64,000 nt of DNA from a virus. The stretch lies in IMG/VR virus record IMGVR_UViG_3300045988_149288; one strand, 5' to 3'. This document shows positions 1-9,216 of this stretch, piece after piece. Each line of letters opens with the position of its first letter. Position 1 is the stretch's first letter. The notes beneath the pieces are model-generated. The model worked only from the letters and a program-made list of their open reading frames with translations, searched no databases and had not been told where the DNA came from. The position numbers and the translations under genes are program-made.

Positions 1-82
1 AGCTAGCTTTTCAGCTTCAGCCACACATTCACGTTCTGTCTTACAATTACTCAAAAACTTGATATAGTCATCAGTTATTAGC

Positions 83-220
83 ATCATCAATTTCCTTCAT
101 AATAAAATTTCCATTTGCGTCTAGCTTATAATGAAAAACACGTCTCTCAGCGTCCCACACTTCGAGGTATGTTATACCGTTATCACGGTATTTGTCTACT
201 TTTTCGGTTTTCTTAGCCAT
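83..220 (-). CDS. small hypothetical protein (45 aa)
   Basis: ATG (rc of 218-220) overlaps stop of upstream gene (TAATG); short ORF MAKKTEKVDKYRDNGITYLEVWDAERRVFHYKLDANG... Confidence 0.2.
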
Positions 221-636
221 TATGCGTCAATCTCCTGAATAATAACCTTTAACGGCTTTCCAGCAGCTTGGATTCTTTCGATATTGCACTTGACGCCATA
301 GCTTGTACCGTTCCAGAATGCAATAGCACCGTCACAGGCTTCGCACATGGCCTTATCCTTGACCTGGTAGAATTCCTCGCCGTACTTTCCCTGAGATTGC
401 TCCCATAAAGAAACGACGTTTGGGAACTCACAGCGCCTCGGTTTTTCCGTGGACGTATAAACTGTTACCCGGTCAAAACCGTGAGCTTTAAGGTACTTCT
501 GTGCGAGAATATCGACGCCGTAGCAATCGCCTACGATAACATTGACATCCTGTTTCATTAAATCGTCCAGGCATGCCATCATTTCCGGGTTTAGTTTCTT
601 AATTTTTGAACTACCCGATATAAAAACAGTTTTCAT
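220..636 (-). CDS. Rossmann-fold SLOG/LOG-like (YpsA/DprA-like) protein
   Basis: Pattern ISGSS...IVGDCYGVD...GFDRVTVY typical of SLOG/LOG Rossmann domains; tightly coupled to neighbours. Confidence 0.3.
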   Translation of the reverse strand: MKTVFISGSSKIKKLNPEMMACLDDLMKQDVNVIVGDCYGVDILAQKYLKAHGFDRVTVYTSTEKPRRCEFPNVVSLWEQSQGKYGEEFYQVKDKAMCEACDGAIAFWNGTSYGVKCNIERIQAAGKPLKVIIQEIDA

Positions 637-939
637 TTAATCCTCTGCAGATTCTTCAAAAGTTGGAACTACTCCGTCTTCTTTTGCATATTTTATGATT
701 GTTCCAAATGCCTCATTGAATTCTTCTGTGTCTTTGTATTCTTGACGGTAAGTACCAAGTTGAATAACATAATGATCTGCATAAACTTCTATGTAATTAA
801 CCTGGCTAAAACGGACTGTCCAAGCCCAAGAACCAAGTTTTTCCCCACAATCAGACATGCCGATTACCTTATAAGGTAAATCGGCAGATTCAATCATATC
901 ACAAATGTAACTTAAATCATAATCGTAATATGGCTTCAT
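637..939 (-). CDS. hypothetical protein
   Basis: 100-aa ORF, stop-start overlap with neighbours. Confidence 0.3.
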   Translation of the reverse strand: MKPYYDYDLSYICDMIESADLPYKVIGMSDCGEKLGSWAWTVRFSQVNYIEVYADHYVIQLGTYRQEYKDTEEFNEAFGTIIKYAKEDGVVPTFEESAED

Positions 940-1382
940 AGTCTTTTACCGCACTTTGGACAAAAATCGATATATTCGCTGCCATAATATTCAGCTTTAA
1001 TATCGCTTTTAACCAGTGACATAATAAAATATAGCCCAGTTTCGGACTCTTTAGTCACCCTTTGCTCAAAAACATCTGATAAACTGAAGTTTTGACCGCA
1101 TTGCATTCCGTAAACATTCTCAGACATCGTGCAATAAGGACATGTCTTCTTACCGATATTTCCGGCCTTAGGATGAACATGCGCCATAGACACATAATGT
1201 GTAGGATATTTTTCGTCTTGTACTTCAATCATATTAACGGATATTGTGGTTAATAAACCAATCGATTTCGTTAAAACTATCGGCATTGACAACCTTATTT
1301 CCCATACCGTCATAGACATAGAAGCTAGAACGGTTAAGCATGAGGTTATACTGTTCGATACGGAACTGCATTTTGCCAACAT
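936..1382 (-). CDS. Zn-ribbon hypothetical protein (true start probably internal, ~1230)
   Basis: CPYC...CGQN and CPKCGKRL Cys pairs; N-terminal 50 aa look out-of-frame and overlap ORF 1234..1452. Confidence 0.3.
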   Translation of the reverse strand: MLAKCSSVSNSITSCLTVLASMSMTVWEIRLSMPIVLTKSIGLLTTISVNMIEVQDEKYPTHYVSMAHVHPKAGNIGKKTCPYCTMSENVYGMQCGQNFSLSDVFEQRVTKESETGLYFIMSLVKSDIKAEYYGSEYIDFCPKCGKRL

Positions 1383-1439
1383 TTACGCCAACAATCTTGC
1401 CGTTATCATCATGGAGATATTCAACTTTCTTCTTAAACA

Positions 1440-2267
1440 TTATGCACCACACATTTTTACAAAGTCTTCTTCGGAAATAAGGGTCGTTCCTTGCTTACGG
1501 GCTTTTTGAGCCTTGCTCGAAGTGGAATTCGGATCGGCGAGCACGAGGAAGTTCGTAGTCTTCTTCATGGTTTCATCAACGACACCGCCGTTGTTTTCGA
1601 CCAATGCCCAGAGTTCCTTACGAGAACGGGAAGCCGCACCAGTGAAACAGAAAGACTGACCGTTGAGAACACCCGCGACAGGAGCCTTCGGAACGAGAAT
1701 GGAGATATACTTCAAAGTTTCTCGCATGTCGGATTCGAGTGCCTTCAGACCAGCTTTGAGCTTATCGGACGTAATTTGACCCACGCCTTCGCAAACATAA
1801 TTGTTACAGTTGATGAAGTCTTCGAAAGTGGTCAATTTCTTCGCATCGATAATCCTCTGGACGATTCTTTCGCCAAGGCCTGAGATGTTATAGCCCGAGA
1901 TAAATTGAGCCAATGTGGCTTGTTTATGGGCTTCTATTTGAGCCTTAATGATTTCAGCGGAACGTTTGCCGTAACCTTCAAGATTTTCAATCTTCTTGTA
2001 GTCAATCTTGTAGAGGTCCGAGATAGACTTGAAAACGCCAGCGTCATAAAGAGATTCAATGGTAGTCAAGCCAAGTTCCATAATCTGAAGCTTTTCAGTC
2101 CATTTCGAAATACGACCGGAAAACTTGCTCTTGCACAATTCGTTAGTGCAATAAAACTGTTTATGGTTTTCGGAAACTGCCAAATCACCGCCGCAAATCG
2201 GACAAACGGTCGGCATGTTCCAGTTATGAAGGCTTGCTAAAGTTTTAACGTCCATTGTAATCTCCAT
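1440..2267 (-). CDS. NAD-dependent DNA ligase C-terminal module (Zn finger, HhH, BRCT), stand-alone
   Basis: CPICGG..C..C Zn finger, HhH repeats, BRCT-like GQSFCFTG; no adenylation domain; start placed at ATG MEITMD preceded by TTTGCTATATTG motif (track start is TTG). Confidence 0.7.
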   Translation of the reverse strand: MEITMDVKTLASLHNWNMPTVCPICGGDLAVSENHKQFYCTNELCKSKFSGRISKWTEKLQIMELGLTTIESLYDAGVFKSISDLYKIDYKKIENLEGYGKRSAEIIKAQIEAHKQATLAQFISGYNISGLGERIVQRIIDAKKLTTFEDFINCNNYVCEGVGQITSDKLKAGLKALESDMRETLKYISILVPKAPVAGVLNGQSFCFTGAASRSRKELWALVENNGGVVDETMKKTTNFLVLADPNSTSSKAQKARKQGTTLISEEDFVKMCGA

Positions 2268-2315
2268 TGTATGACTACAATATAGCAAATTTGGCAAGCA
2301 TTGTCAATGGTAAAT

Positions 2316-2510
2316 TTATGGGTTATCTATCGGGACGAGCTTCCATCCATATTTTCCGCACCTTTCTCTCGCGAATGCTGCGGCTTTTTCGTCGTCAGTC
2401 CAGGTTTTCACGTTTTTATCCATCATATACTGATATGTATTGGAATTCGTAGGAAATACCGGACCATTAGGAAAATCAAACTGTACTGTCCAAATATTAT
2501 TACATGTCAT
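2316..2510 (-). CDS. hypothetical small protein
   Basis: 64-aa ORF. Confidence 0.25.
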   Translation of the reverse strand: MTCNNIWTVQFDFPNGPVFPTNSNTYQYMMDKNVKTWTDDEKAAAFARERCGKYGWKLVPIDNP

Positions 2511-2688
2511 CTTGAATTACCTTTTCTGAAAATTCTTCGAGCTTATCTAGGCTCTTTTCTGCTGCGACGCGTTCTTCTGTAACGACGTCGGTATCAAATC
2601 TATCGAGATGAAGCATGGCCCTAGCCAATTCTGCGGCCGGGAACATTTCCATCATTGTTTTCGGTCTTTCTTTATTTTCTTCGTCCAT
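2500..2688 (-). CDS. small acidic hypothetical protein
   Basis: ATG at 2688 immediately downstream of TTTTACTATATTTT motif; upstream part of track ORF overlaps uvsX and is probably not coding. Confidence 0.3.
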   Translation of the reverse strand: MDEENKERPKTMMEMFPAAELARAMLHLDRFDTDVVTEERVAAEKSLDKLEEFSEKVIQDDM

Positions 2689-2712
2689 AATAATAAAATA
2701 TAGTAAAATAAA

Positions 2713-2737
2713 AGGGCCCATTTGGACCCTTTTATTT
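2713..2737. terminator. bidirectional rho-independent terminator downstream of uvsX
   Basis: aaaagggcccatttggaccctttta hairpin flanked by A-run and T-run. Confidence 0.5.
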
Positions 2738-2755
2738 ATTTGTTCTGGAAAACAA

Positions 2756-3949
2756 CTACATATCGTCGTCGTCTTCAGCGAGAATATCACCGTCGAGTTC
2801 GTCGAGGTTAGCACCAGTACGGTTAACCATAGCGATACCTGTATTTTCACTGAGGTCTTCGTAACCCGCATTCATAAGAGCGAGAACGTCTTCGTTTGCG
2901 TTGATAAGTACCTGTTCTTCGAATGCGAACTTGGATTCTACATAGTGCCTGAACGTTTCATCCTTATAGAGAGGAATCCAGAATTTAGCACAGTAGAGTT
3001 CTTCTTCCTTCCACATTCTTTCCGGCTTGCCAAGTTCACCAGTTTCAGGATCAACCTTGGTGTCATAACCGATACGTGCATAATAACCCGGCTTCGGCTT
3101 GTAAACTACGCCACATTCCATGGCTTCATCCAAAAGTCCGTAGTACGGAGATACACCACCTGCATGAAGGATAAGATACTTGGTCTTGACGAATTCCTTA
3201 GCGGAACGACCCTTAGCAACAGCACAGGTAACGACCTTACCAAGAACATTCTTGCCCTTGTCACGTTCCTTCTTAGAGGAGTAACCGAGAACAATACCGT
3301 CAGCGTTAAAGATAATACGCATACCGCCAGGAATCTTATACGGGTCGCCGAACATTTCAAGAGAAGCATAAACGTGGTTCATGACGAGAGTCGTGAAACC
3401 GCCACTCAAAATAATGTTTGCGAGTTCGTTTTTGAATTTTGCGGAAGACATGTTAACAGCGGAACTTCCCTGTTGAGCCTTTTCAAGAACCTGGTCTTCG
3501 ATAATCGGACCCCAGGAGTCAAACAATACGAAAGTATTGCGACGTTGCTGAAGCGAGCCACACTGAGCCGAGAGCTTAGCGATGAACTGCTTAATTTTCG
3601 GAATGCTGTTCGTAGGACCGTGAACACCGACTTCATCCATGTTAATTCCGAGCTTCGTAAGAAGGTCATAGTTAACGGAGTTTTCAGTATCGACAATGAA
3701 ACAGTCCATACCAGAATCCTGTGCAGCCTTAAGAACTGAATAACCAATCATGGACTTACCCCAGCCGGAACCGGCAGCAATCATGCTGATTGAACCCTTC
3801 TTAATACCACCCTTAATTTTACCAGAAAGAACGAGGTTAACCGAAATACAGTTCGTACTAAGCCATTCCACAGGAATACGCTCAGTATGAAGAAGATCGG
3901 CCAAATCCTTATCTTTCTTCATTTTCGCCAAAAGCGCGTTTTTTGCCAT
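2756..3949 (-). CDS. uvsX: UvsX-like RecA-family recombinase
   Basis: Walker A AAGSGWGKSM; blocks VNLVLSGKIKGG, HAGGVSPYYGLLDEAMECGVVYKPKPGYYAR and KFWIPLYKDETFRHYV align to T4 UvsX from memory. Confidence 0.85.
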   Translation of the reverse strand: MAKNALLAKMKKDKDLADLLHTERIPVEWLSTNCISVNLVLSGKIKGGIKKGSISMIAAGSGWGKSMIGYSVLKAAQDSGMDCFIVDTENSVNYDLLTKLGINMDEVGVHGPTNSIPKIKQFIAKLSAQCGSLQQRRNTFVLFDSWGPIIEDQVLEKAQQGSSAVNMSSAKFKNELANIILSGGFTTLVMNHVYASLEMFGDPYKIPGGMRIIFNADGIVLGYSSKKERDKGKNVLGKVVTCAVAKGRSAKEFVKTKYLILHAGGVSPYYGLLDEAMECGVVYKPKPGYYARIGYDTKVDPETGELGKPERMWKEEELYCAKFWIPLYKDETFRHYVESKFAFEEQVLINANEDVLALMNAGYEDLSENTGIAMVNRTGANLDELDGDILAEDDDDM

Positions 3950-4072
3950 TTTTTACCTATTATTTTATTTTGTCATCGAATTTGTCATCATGAGCTTTAA
4001 TCGGCTAACGTACTTTGAATCGCCCTTTTCATTGTACTTTTGCTGTTAGTCAGAATATTTATAATATAGAAA

Positions 4073-4094
4073 AAATGGTAAACTTTCATTTACC
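4073..4094. terminator. hairpin terminator followed (minus strand) by promoter-like TTTTTTCTATATTATAAATATT
   Basis: atggtaaactttcatttaccat 8-bp stem. Confidence 0.45.
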
Positions 4095-4115
4095 ATTCTT
4101 AAATTTGTTCCGATT

Positions 4116-4478
4116 TTATCGGCCGAGGAACTCATTGAGAACTTCACCTTCCGACGGATATAAATCACGGTACGGATTATGATATTCTGCTTTCTGTTTT
4201 ACGAATTCACTCTTTTCCGTCTTTTCGACAACGAAATCCTTATCAATCTTTGCAGCGGGTGCTTCAAGAATTTCCTTAGATTCCGTAATCTGTTGCGGCT
4301 TAATCAAACCTTCAGCAGCCTTAGGCTTTGATGATTCGTTAATCTGCGGAGCCGGAGTTTCTTGGTGAACGGCTTCATATTCCTTGAGCTTAGTCTTATG
4401 CTTTGTCCACATGTGAGAGCCAAGCTTCATACGGTTTTCAAAAGTTTCACCACAAATAGGGCAAGTTACTTGATCCAT
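4116..4478 (-). CDS. C2H2-type zinc-finger protein
   Basis: CPICGETF...H...HK.K.KEY resembles N-terminal module of HEG-like 53173..54093 and ORF 36658..36963. Confidence 0.45.
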   Translation of the reverse strand: MDQVTCPICGETFENRMKLGSHMWTKHKTKLKEYEAVHQETPAPQINESSKPKAAEGLIKPQQITESKEILEAPAAKIDKDFVVEKTEKSEFVKQKAEYHNPYRDLYPSEGEVLNEFLGR

Positions 4479-4490
4479 AGTCTACTCCAA

Positions 4491-5111
4491 TTATTTCTTT
4501 TTAGTATTCTTCTTTGCAGGCTTCTTCTTGTTCTTCTTTCCGTTAACTGCCTCATTTTGGCGGGGCTTAGTTTTCTTCGGAGTGCTTTTGCCTGGCTTGA
4601 CAGTTTTCTCAGTCTTCTTCTTGGTTTCATTTGTTGTTTCCTTACGTGAACGCTTCTTTTCAGTCGGCTTCTTGACCGGCTTAAGAGCCTTTGCAATCTT
4701 CTTCAGATCTTCATCGGAAATCTTGTCGGTTTCCTTTTCAACGACCTTCGGAGTAGCAGGAACTTCAGCCTTAGCCACTTCCAATGTTTCTGGAGTTTCA
4801 GCGAGAACCTTGCCAGCGAGCTCTTCTGTTACAGTATATGTCGGTTCCAATTCAACCATCGGTTCCGGCTTATTTGCTTCTTCGCAAATAATGTTTCCGG
4901 CTTCCATGATGTCGCATGCTGTCTGCTGACATTCTGCTTCATGCTGAGCTGGATCTTCTTCATATCCTTCAATCATAGAGTCAAGCGGATTTTCGTCAAG
5001 CTTAACGATTTCCGGCTTCTGTTCACGCAATGCCTTGCGGAGCAAGAAATATCCGATTACAACCAAGATTACGGCGAGCGCAATCAAACCAATTACTAAT
5101 GTAGTATTCAT
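4491..5111 (-). CDS. membrane protein with Lys-rich histone-H1-like tail
   Basis: N-terminal TM helix LVIGLIALAVILVVIGYFLL; C-terminal KKPTEKKRSRK...KKNKKKPAKKNTKKK. Confidence 0.45.
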   Translation of the reverse strand: MNTTLVIGLIALAVILVVIGYFLLRKALREQKPEIVKLDENPLDSMIEGYEEDPAQHEAECQQTACDIMEAGNIICEEANKPEPMVELEPTYTVTEELAGKVLAETPETLEVAKAEVPATPKVVEKETDKISDEDLKKIAKALKPVKKPTEKKRSRKETTNETKKKTEKTVKPGKSTPKKTKPRQNEAVNGKKNKKKPAKKNTKKK

Positions 5112-5159
5112 TTTTTCACCTCATTAAAATATAACTTGTGTATTGTATATATAAAATTT

Positions 5160-6236
5160 CTAACTGAAAAACTCGAACATTGTCGGTCGTTCCAAATTAA
5201 TTTCTTCCTTCGGACCTAACCAACCAGCGATTCTGAACATCGTATCGAAAAGCTGACAGAAAGATTTTCTGAATGCGGTTTCATAGTCAATCTCAAAGTA
5301 TTTATTAAATTCTTGCGGCCAAGATTCGAGATATGCGACTGCTTCAATCGGCGAAGTTTTTCCGTCCATATCCTTGGCTACAATCTTCTGAGATGGCTTT
5401 ACATATACATATCGTAATTTGGAATTATTACGAATCGGGTTATATTTCAACCTGTCCTTAGTAACGATATAGTTGTAGATAATCGAAATCTTTGCACCGA
5501 AAATGAGACCAGTCGGAAGAATCAAACCATGGTCCATGTAATAGTCCATGAGCGTCTCGTATTTCATATCGAATGGCGTCGTATTCATCGCGCTTTCAGA
5601 ATACAGTTCTCTGAATTTGTCCATAGCGATTGTCGTATATTTCGTATAGTTCTTAATACCGATAACCGACGAAATAACGTTCAAATCCGAGCTCTTGAAC
5701 TGGTCATAAACCTTATAGATATATTCCTGCGCTTCTTCCTTACCGATACCATCACAGATTTTGAATGCGAGTTCTTCAGCAGCCGTTTTACAGAAGTCAG
5801 GCATGATCGATTTCTTAATAGGAACGCCCATAATTTTATGCTTCATGTGGTCAAGCGGGTACAATGAACCTTCGCTGTCGATAATGTTACCGATATACAA
5901 CTTCTTGGCAAAACAGAACATGTTTTTGAAGATGTTTTCACGGTTGAAATTAATCTTATTGACAGTATGGAACTGCTTGGCTCGAATGTCGAGAATCTTA
6001 TCGAAGAAACGCTGGAACACGTCCTCGCATTTCTGGAAATAGCTTCGATATTCCTCTTCGTTCGTAATCGATAAACCAGATTCCATCAAACGCTTCTTTA
6101 GCTCAATAATCGAAAAATAAACTGAGTCCGTATCATTATGGATCGCACAGACATCGCGACCTTTCACGACAAGAGGACTCATGTCGTTCATTTGAAATTT
6201 ATCAATCTTTACATCTAATGCTTTCTTAAATTTCAT
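5160..6236 (-). CDS. family-B DNA polymerase, C-terminal cistron (43B-like: motif C, thumb)
   Basis: Motif C HNDTDSVYF; start ATG at 6236 one nt after TAA of upstream cistron (GAGGATTAAAATG with SD GAGGA); first 35 codons of track ORF are out-of-frame overlap. Confidence 0.8.
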   Translation of the reverse strand: MKFKKALDVKIDKFQMNDMSPLVVKGRDVCAIHNDTDSVYFSIIELKKRLMESGLSITNEEEYRSYFQKCEDVFQRFFDKILDIRAKQFHTVNKINFNRENIFKNMFCFAKKLYIGNIIDSEGSLYPLDHMKHKIMGVPIKKSIMPDFCKTAAEELAFKICDGIGKEEAQEYIYKVYDQFKSSDLNVISSVIGIKNYTKYTTIAMDKFRELYSESAMNTTPFDMKYETLMDYYMDHGLILPTGLIFGAKISIIYNYIVTKDRLKYNPIRNNSKLRYVYVKPSQKIVAKDMDGKTSPIEAVAYLESWPQEFNKYFEIDYETAFRKSFCQLFDTMFRIAGWLGPKEEINLERPTMFEFFS

Positions 6237-6237
6237 T

Positions 6238-8445
6238 TTAATCCTCAATACCGAGAAGGTCCGTGTCCTTGTTGAATTCATAAGCATAGATTTCCATTTC
6301 ATCATTACCGCGAAGAACAGTAATCTTTTCATAGAAATCAAACTTATATGTCTTTTCTTCTGTAATAATGGAAACTGTCGAGAATTCCTTAACTACATCC
6401 TTGAGCAAGAACGGAGAAACATAGTATTCATTGAGATTCTTAGTCAACCAGTCTCTCAAGGTAACACGAGCACAACGGCAAATAGCACGAGCAACATCTG
6501 GGTCATACAATGCGAAGCTGTTTGCAAGAGATACACCGTAAACCGAGTTAATGATGAGCTTTTTAGTCATCTGTCGATTATGATACAAATGTTCACCAGC
6601 CTTATCGCCTTTCTTGTGACATTCCTTTTCCTTATTCTTATATACCTTACGTTCTGCAAACACCTGCTTAACAACGTTCGGAAGAATACCGTCATCGCGG
6701 TTATAGAAACCGAGTTCTGCAACGTCTGTCGGAATAACCTCACCTGATTCAATCTGTTCCTTGGTCGGATGAACAACCTTCAATTCCGGAGAGATATGGA
6801 ATTCCATAATGTGGTGCGGATATGACGAGGTAATATCGAAAGACATACAGTCGTCATGTCGACCAGGATAGTCATAGCAATAACCTGCCTTTACCTGGAA
6901 TTCTGGGAACGGATGAGGATCCTTCTTATACGCTTCCCATGCGGCAAGGAAATCCTTTTCAGTTTTCCAATGCTCGAATCTTCTCTGTCCGACAAGTCGC
7001 TTGATTGTATCATAATCATACTTTCCTTCAGTCTGAGCTTCCTTATAAGCATCATAGAAAACACGGAACTTACAATAGTCCTTATAACGTTTTGCGCCCG
7101 GTTCCCATTCAGTGTTCTGGAAGTAATCGTTTCCGTCCTTATCCTTTACGATATAGCAACGTTCGTTTCTCCACCAGTCAACATGATGGTCTTCACGGTC
7201 ATTCAAAACACGGTTGGTCTTATGTAAGAATTTTAAGATATAACCAGTAGTCGTAGGAACCTTCTGTTCAACCTTATCGAGAGTAACAAGGCAATCGAAT
7301 GCATATTCAATAATAAGGTCGAAGAGCTTGTTTTTCTTTTCAAGGTCGACCATAATCATAACGTCTTTTCTGTTATACTTCAGGAAGTTATTACCGTCAA
7401 TCTTGTAGGTTTCAGAAATTGCACCGCTATATTCCAACTTTTGATCATTCAATTCGAGGTTGGCAACATAGTTAAGGGAATACGAAGAAAGAGGCGGATG
7501 AGATCCGAAGACTTCGTACAGTTTCATGTAGTCAAGAGAATACAAACCAGGAATCGTGTACTTCGTTCCAAGTTCAACGTTTTCCATCTTGCGGTCAGTA
7601 ATCTTTTCAGCCACAGGCATCATGCCGAGAGGAGACAGATTCTTTTCCCATTCAACCTTGATGTCGTATTTCTCTCTGAGAACTTCACAACGACGCATGA
7701 TATAGGGAATATCGTATGCGAGCGAGTTCCAACCTGTAATGATGTCAAAATGATTATTGGCGAACCACTTAATCCATTCACGGATAAGTACCATTTCTGA
7801 CTTACAGTACGTATAATTCGGTAAATCCTTCGGGTCATCTGTATATCTGATTGTGCTCCAGGTATAAGATTGACCGGTCTTTGTAGAATAACAAGTAATG
7901 GCGTTAATTGGCCACTGAGCTATTTCAGGAGACGGGAAGTCATAAGAAACGAAACAGCTATCATCATAGGGAAGCCATTTCTGAACTTCAATGTCATAAA
8001 CGAAATACTTGTCATGGTCAAACTTCATATCGAAATCAATAAGACTGATGTCGAGAGTCTTCTTGGTTTTCTTTTCGCAGACCTTAATCAATGTTTCGTC
8101 ATAATACTTACTTCCTGACGCAACTTCAATATCGAAGAAACAGATATTCCATTTGCTCATGTCAACTTGGAGTTCTTCGTTATCGTATAGTTGGTGCATG
8201 TATTTGACTTCTGGACGCAAATTACCTTCACATACGCCTCTAAGACCCATAAGGGAATTACGGTCACTATAATCGAACCGTATCATCGGTGTCTTGTGAA
8301 TGTCAGTAATATTGCTCTTCTTTGAAGGATCCGGCCTGTAGCACCAGTTATGAAATTCAACTTCTTTAAAATCAATATCATCTTGGGCTTTAAAATAGAG
8401 CTTTTGTTTTTTAAAGTCCCAGTAACAATTCTTAAATCCACTCAT
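6238..8445 (-). CDS. family-B DNA polymerase, N-terminal cistron (43A-like: 3'-5' exo, pol motifs A and B)
   Basis: Exo I FFDIEV, Exo II GWNSLAYD, pol motif A DITSSYP, motif B KLIINSVYG. Confidence 0.85.
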   Translation of the reverse strand: MSGFKNCYWDFKKQKLYFKAQDDIDFKEVEFHNWCYRPDPSKKSNITDIHKTPMIRFDYSDRNSLMGLRGVCEGNLRPEVKYMHQLYDNEELQVDMSKWNICFFDIEVASGSKYYDETLIKVCEKKTKKTLDISLIDFDMKFDHDKYFVYDIEVQKWLPYDDSCFVSYDFPSPEIAQWPINAITCYSTKTGQSYTWSTIRYTDDPKDLPNYTYCKSEMVLIREWIKWFANNHFDIITGWNSLAYDIPYIMRRCEVLREKYDIKVEWEKNLSPLGMMPVAEKITDRKMENVELGTKYTIPGLYSLDYMKLYEVFGSHPPLSSYSLNYVANLELNDQKLEYSGAISETYKIDGNNFLKYNRKDVMIMVDLEKKNKLFDLIIEYAFDCLVTLDKVEQKVPTTTGYILKFLHKTNRVLNDREDHHVDWWRNERCYIVKDKDGNDYFQNTEWEPGAKRYKDYCKFRVFYDAYKEAQTEGKYDYDTIKRLVGQRRFEHWKTEKDFLAAWEAYKKDPHPFPEFQVKAGYCYDYPGRHDDCMSFDITSSYPHHIMEFHISPELKVVHPTKEQIESGEVIPTDVAELGFYNRDDGILPNVVKQVFAERKVYKNKEKECHKKGDKAGEHLYHNRQMTKKLIINSVYGVSLANSFALYDPDVARAICRCARVTLRDWLTKNLNEYYVSPFLLKDVVKEFSTVSIITEEKTYKFDFYEKITVLRGNDEMEIYAYEFNKDTDLLGIED

Positions 8446-8447
8446 AG

Positions 8448-8462
8448 TATCAAATATAGAAA
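8448..8462 (-). promoter_or_regulatory. upstream motif TCTATATTTGAT (TAnnTTTG-like) before DNA pol
   Basis: member of recurring TTTACTATATTTG motif family 5-40 nt upstream of ATGs. Confidence 0.4.
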
Positions 8463-8463
8463 A

Positions 8464-8493
8464 AACCTACAAACGATTAAGTTTGTAGGTCTT
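8464..8493. terminator. bidirectional terminator
   Basis: aacctacaaacgattaagtttgtaggt hairpin + T-run. Confidence 0.55.
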
Positions 8494-8513
8494 TTTATTC
8501 CAAATTTCTTCAA

Positions 8514-8720
8514 TTATGCATTCAACGTCTTGATGAAGGTCTGCATGTCCTGGAAAGCCTGGAGGTAACCAGCCTTGAATTCAGCCTTTTCAGCCGGAAC
8601 TTCGGTCTTGCGGACTTCATCGATCTTTGCGACCACGATTTGCTTGATTGCACGGAGGTTGTTAACAACAACGTCTTCGGCGTCAACTGCATCATTAAAG
8701 TTATTAGCATTAGTCATCAT
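8514..8720 (-). CDS. hypothetical protein
   Basis: 68-aa ORF. Confidence 0.3.
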   Translation of the reverse strand: MMTNANNFNDAVDAEDVVVNNLRAIKQIVVAKIDEVRKTEVPAEKAEFKAGYLQAFQDMQTFIKTLNA

Positions 8721-8733
8721 AATTTGTTTTCCT

Positions 8734-8964
8734 TTATCGTTTAGTTAACCATATGTTATAGGTTCTTGTGTCTTCTTTTTGTGTCTTCGCATTGTCAGGA
8801 ATCATAGATTGATATTCTTCCGGAATTTCAGAAAAATCTGGAGCTTGCTCATACTGTTTCCACACATTGGTATTGGCAATAGCATTGGCTATTTCCGGCA
8901 TACCTTCTGTAGCTTCTTCAATATCAAGCGGAAGTCTTCTCTTTCTGCTGTACTCTGGTATCAT
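8734..8964 (-). CDS. hypothetical protein
   Basis: 76-aa ORF. Confidence 0.3.
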   Translation of the reverse strand: MIPEYSRKRRLPLDIEEATEGMPEIANAIANTNVWKQYEQAPDFSEIPEEYQSMIPDNAKTQKEDTRTYNIWLTKR

Positions 8965-9214
8965 ATCTAAATTTTATCCTTCCTTTACTCATATCGTAGA
9001 TGTTAACGCCGATGAGGCATTTGTCACCTGGGGTGATATGAATATGCTTAACACGAATTTTACCAGATATTGTGCAGAGCACTCTCTGGCCATTTTCGAG
9101 TTCTACGTCAAACATCGCGTTAGGGCGGGCTTCCAAAACCGTGCCGATAACATCGACTTCTGACAAGTTTTGTTTTTCTGCTTTATCTTTTTTATTAGTT
9201 TTATTTTTCTTCAT
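8924..9214 (-). CDS. infA: translation initiation factor IF-1 homolog (S1/OB domain) with Lys-rich N-extension
   Basis: GTVLEARPNAMFDVELENGQRVLCTISGKIR...ITPGDKC...YDMSKGRIKFRY closely matches bacterial IF-1. Confidence 0.8.
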   Translation of the reverse strand: MKKNKTNKKDKAEKQNLSEVDVIGTVLEARPNAMFDVELENGQRVLCTISGKIRVKHIHITPGDKCLIGVNIYDMSKGRIKFRYDTRVQQKEKTSA

Positions 9215-9216
9215 TT

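Noticed and set aside
1234-1452. 72-aa ORF overlapping 936..1382
   Set aside because: The two overlap by about 150 nt in different frames and only one can be fully real; I kept 936..1382 (Zn-ribbon motifs) but with an internal start and regard the status of 1234..1452 as unresolved.
1440-2297. Track start of LigA-C ORF at 2297
   Set aside because: Codon at 2295-2297 is TTG (the track translates alternative starts as M); an ATG at 2267 directly follows the TTTGCTATATTG motif and is the more plausible start.
2615-3739. 374-aa plus-strand ORF
   Set aside because: Antisense to the well-supported uvsX gene; low-complexity F/V/L-rich translation with no motifs; typical shadow ORF.
6238-6341. Overlap of the two DNA polymerase ORFs interpreted as a sequencing frameshift or programmed frameshift
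   Set aside because: The second ORF has its own ATG at 6236 one nt after the first ORF's TAA, with a GAGGA Shine-Dalgarno; the overlap is just out-of-frame extension of the second ORF upstream of its real start; split 43A/43B genes are precedented.
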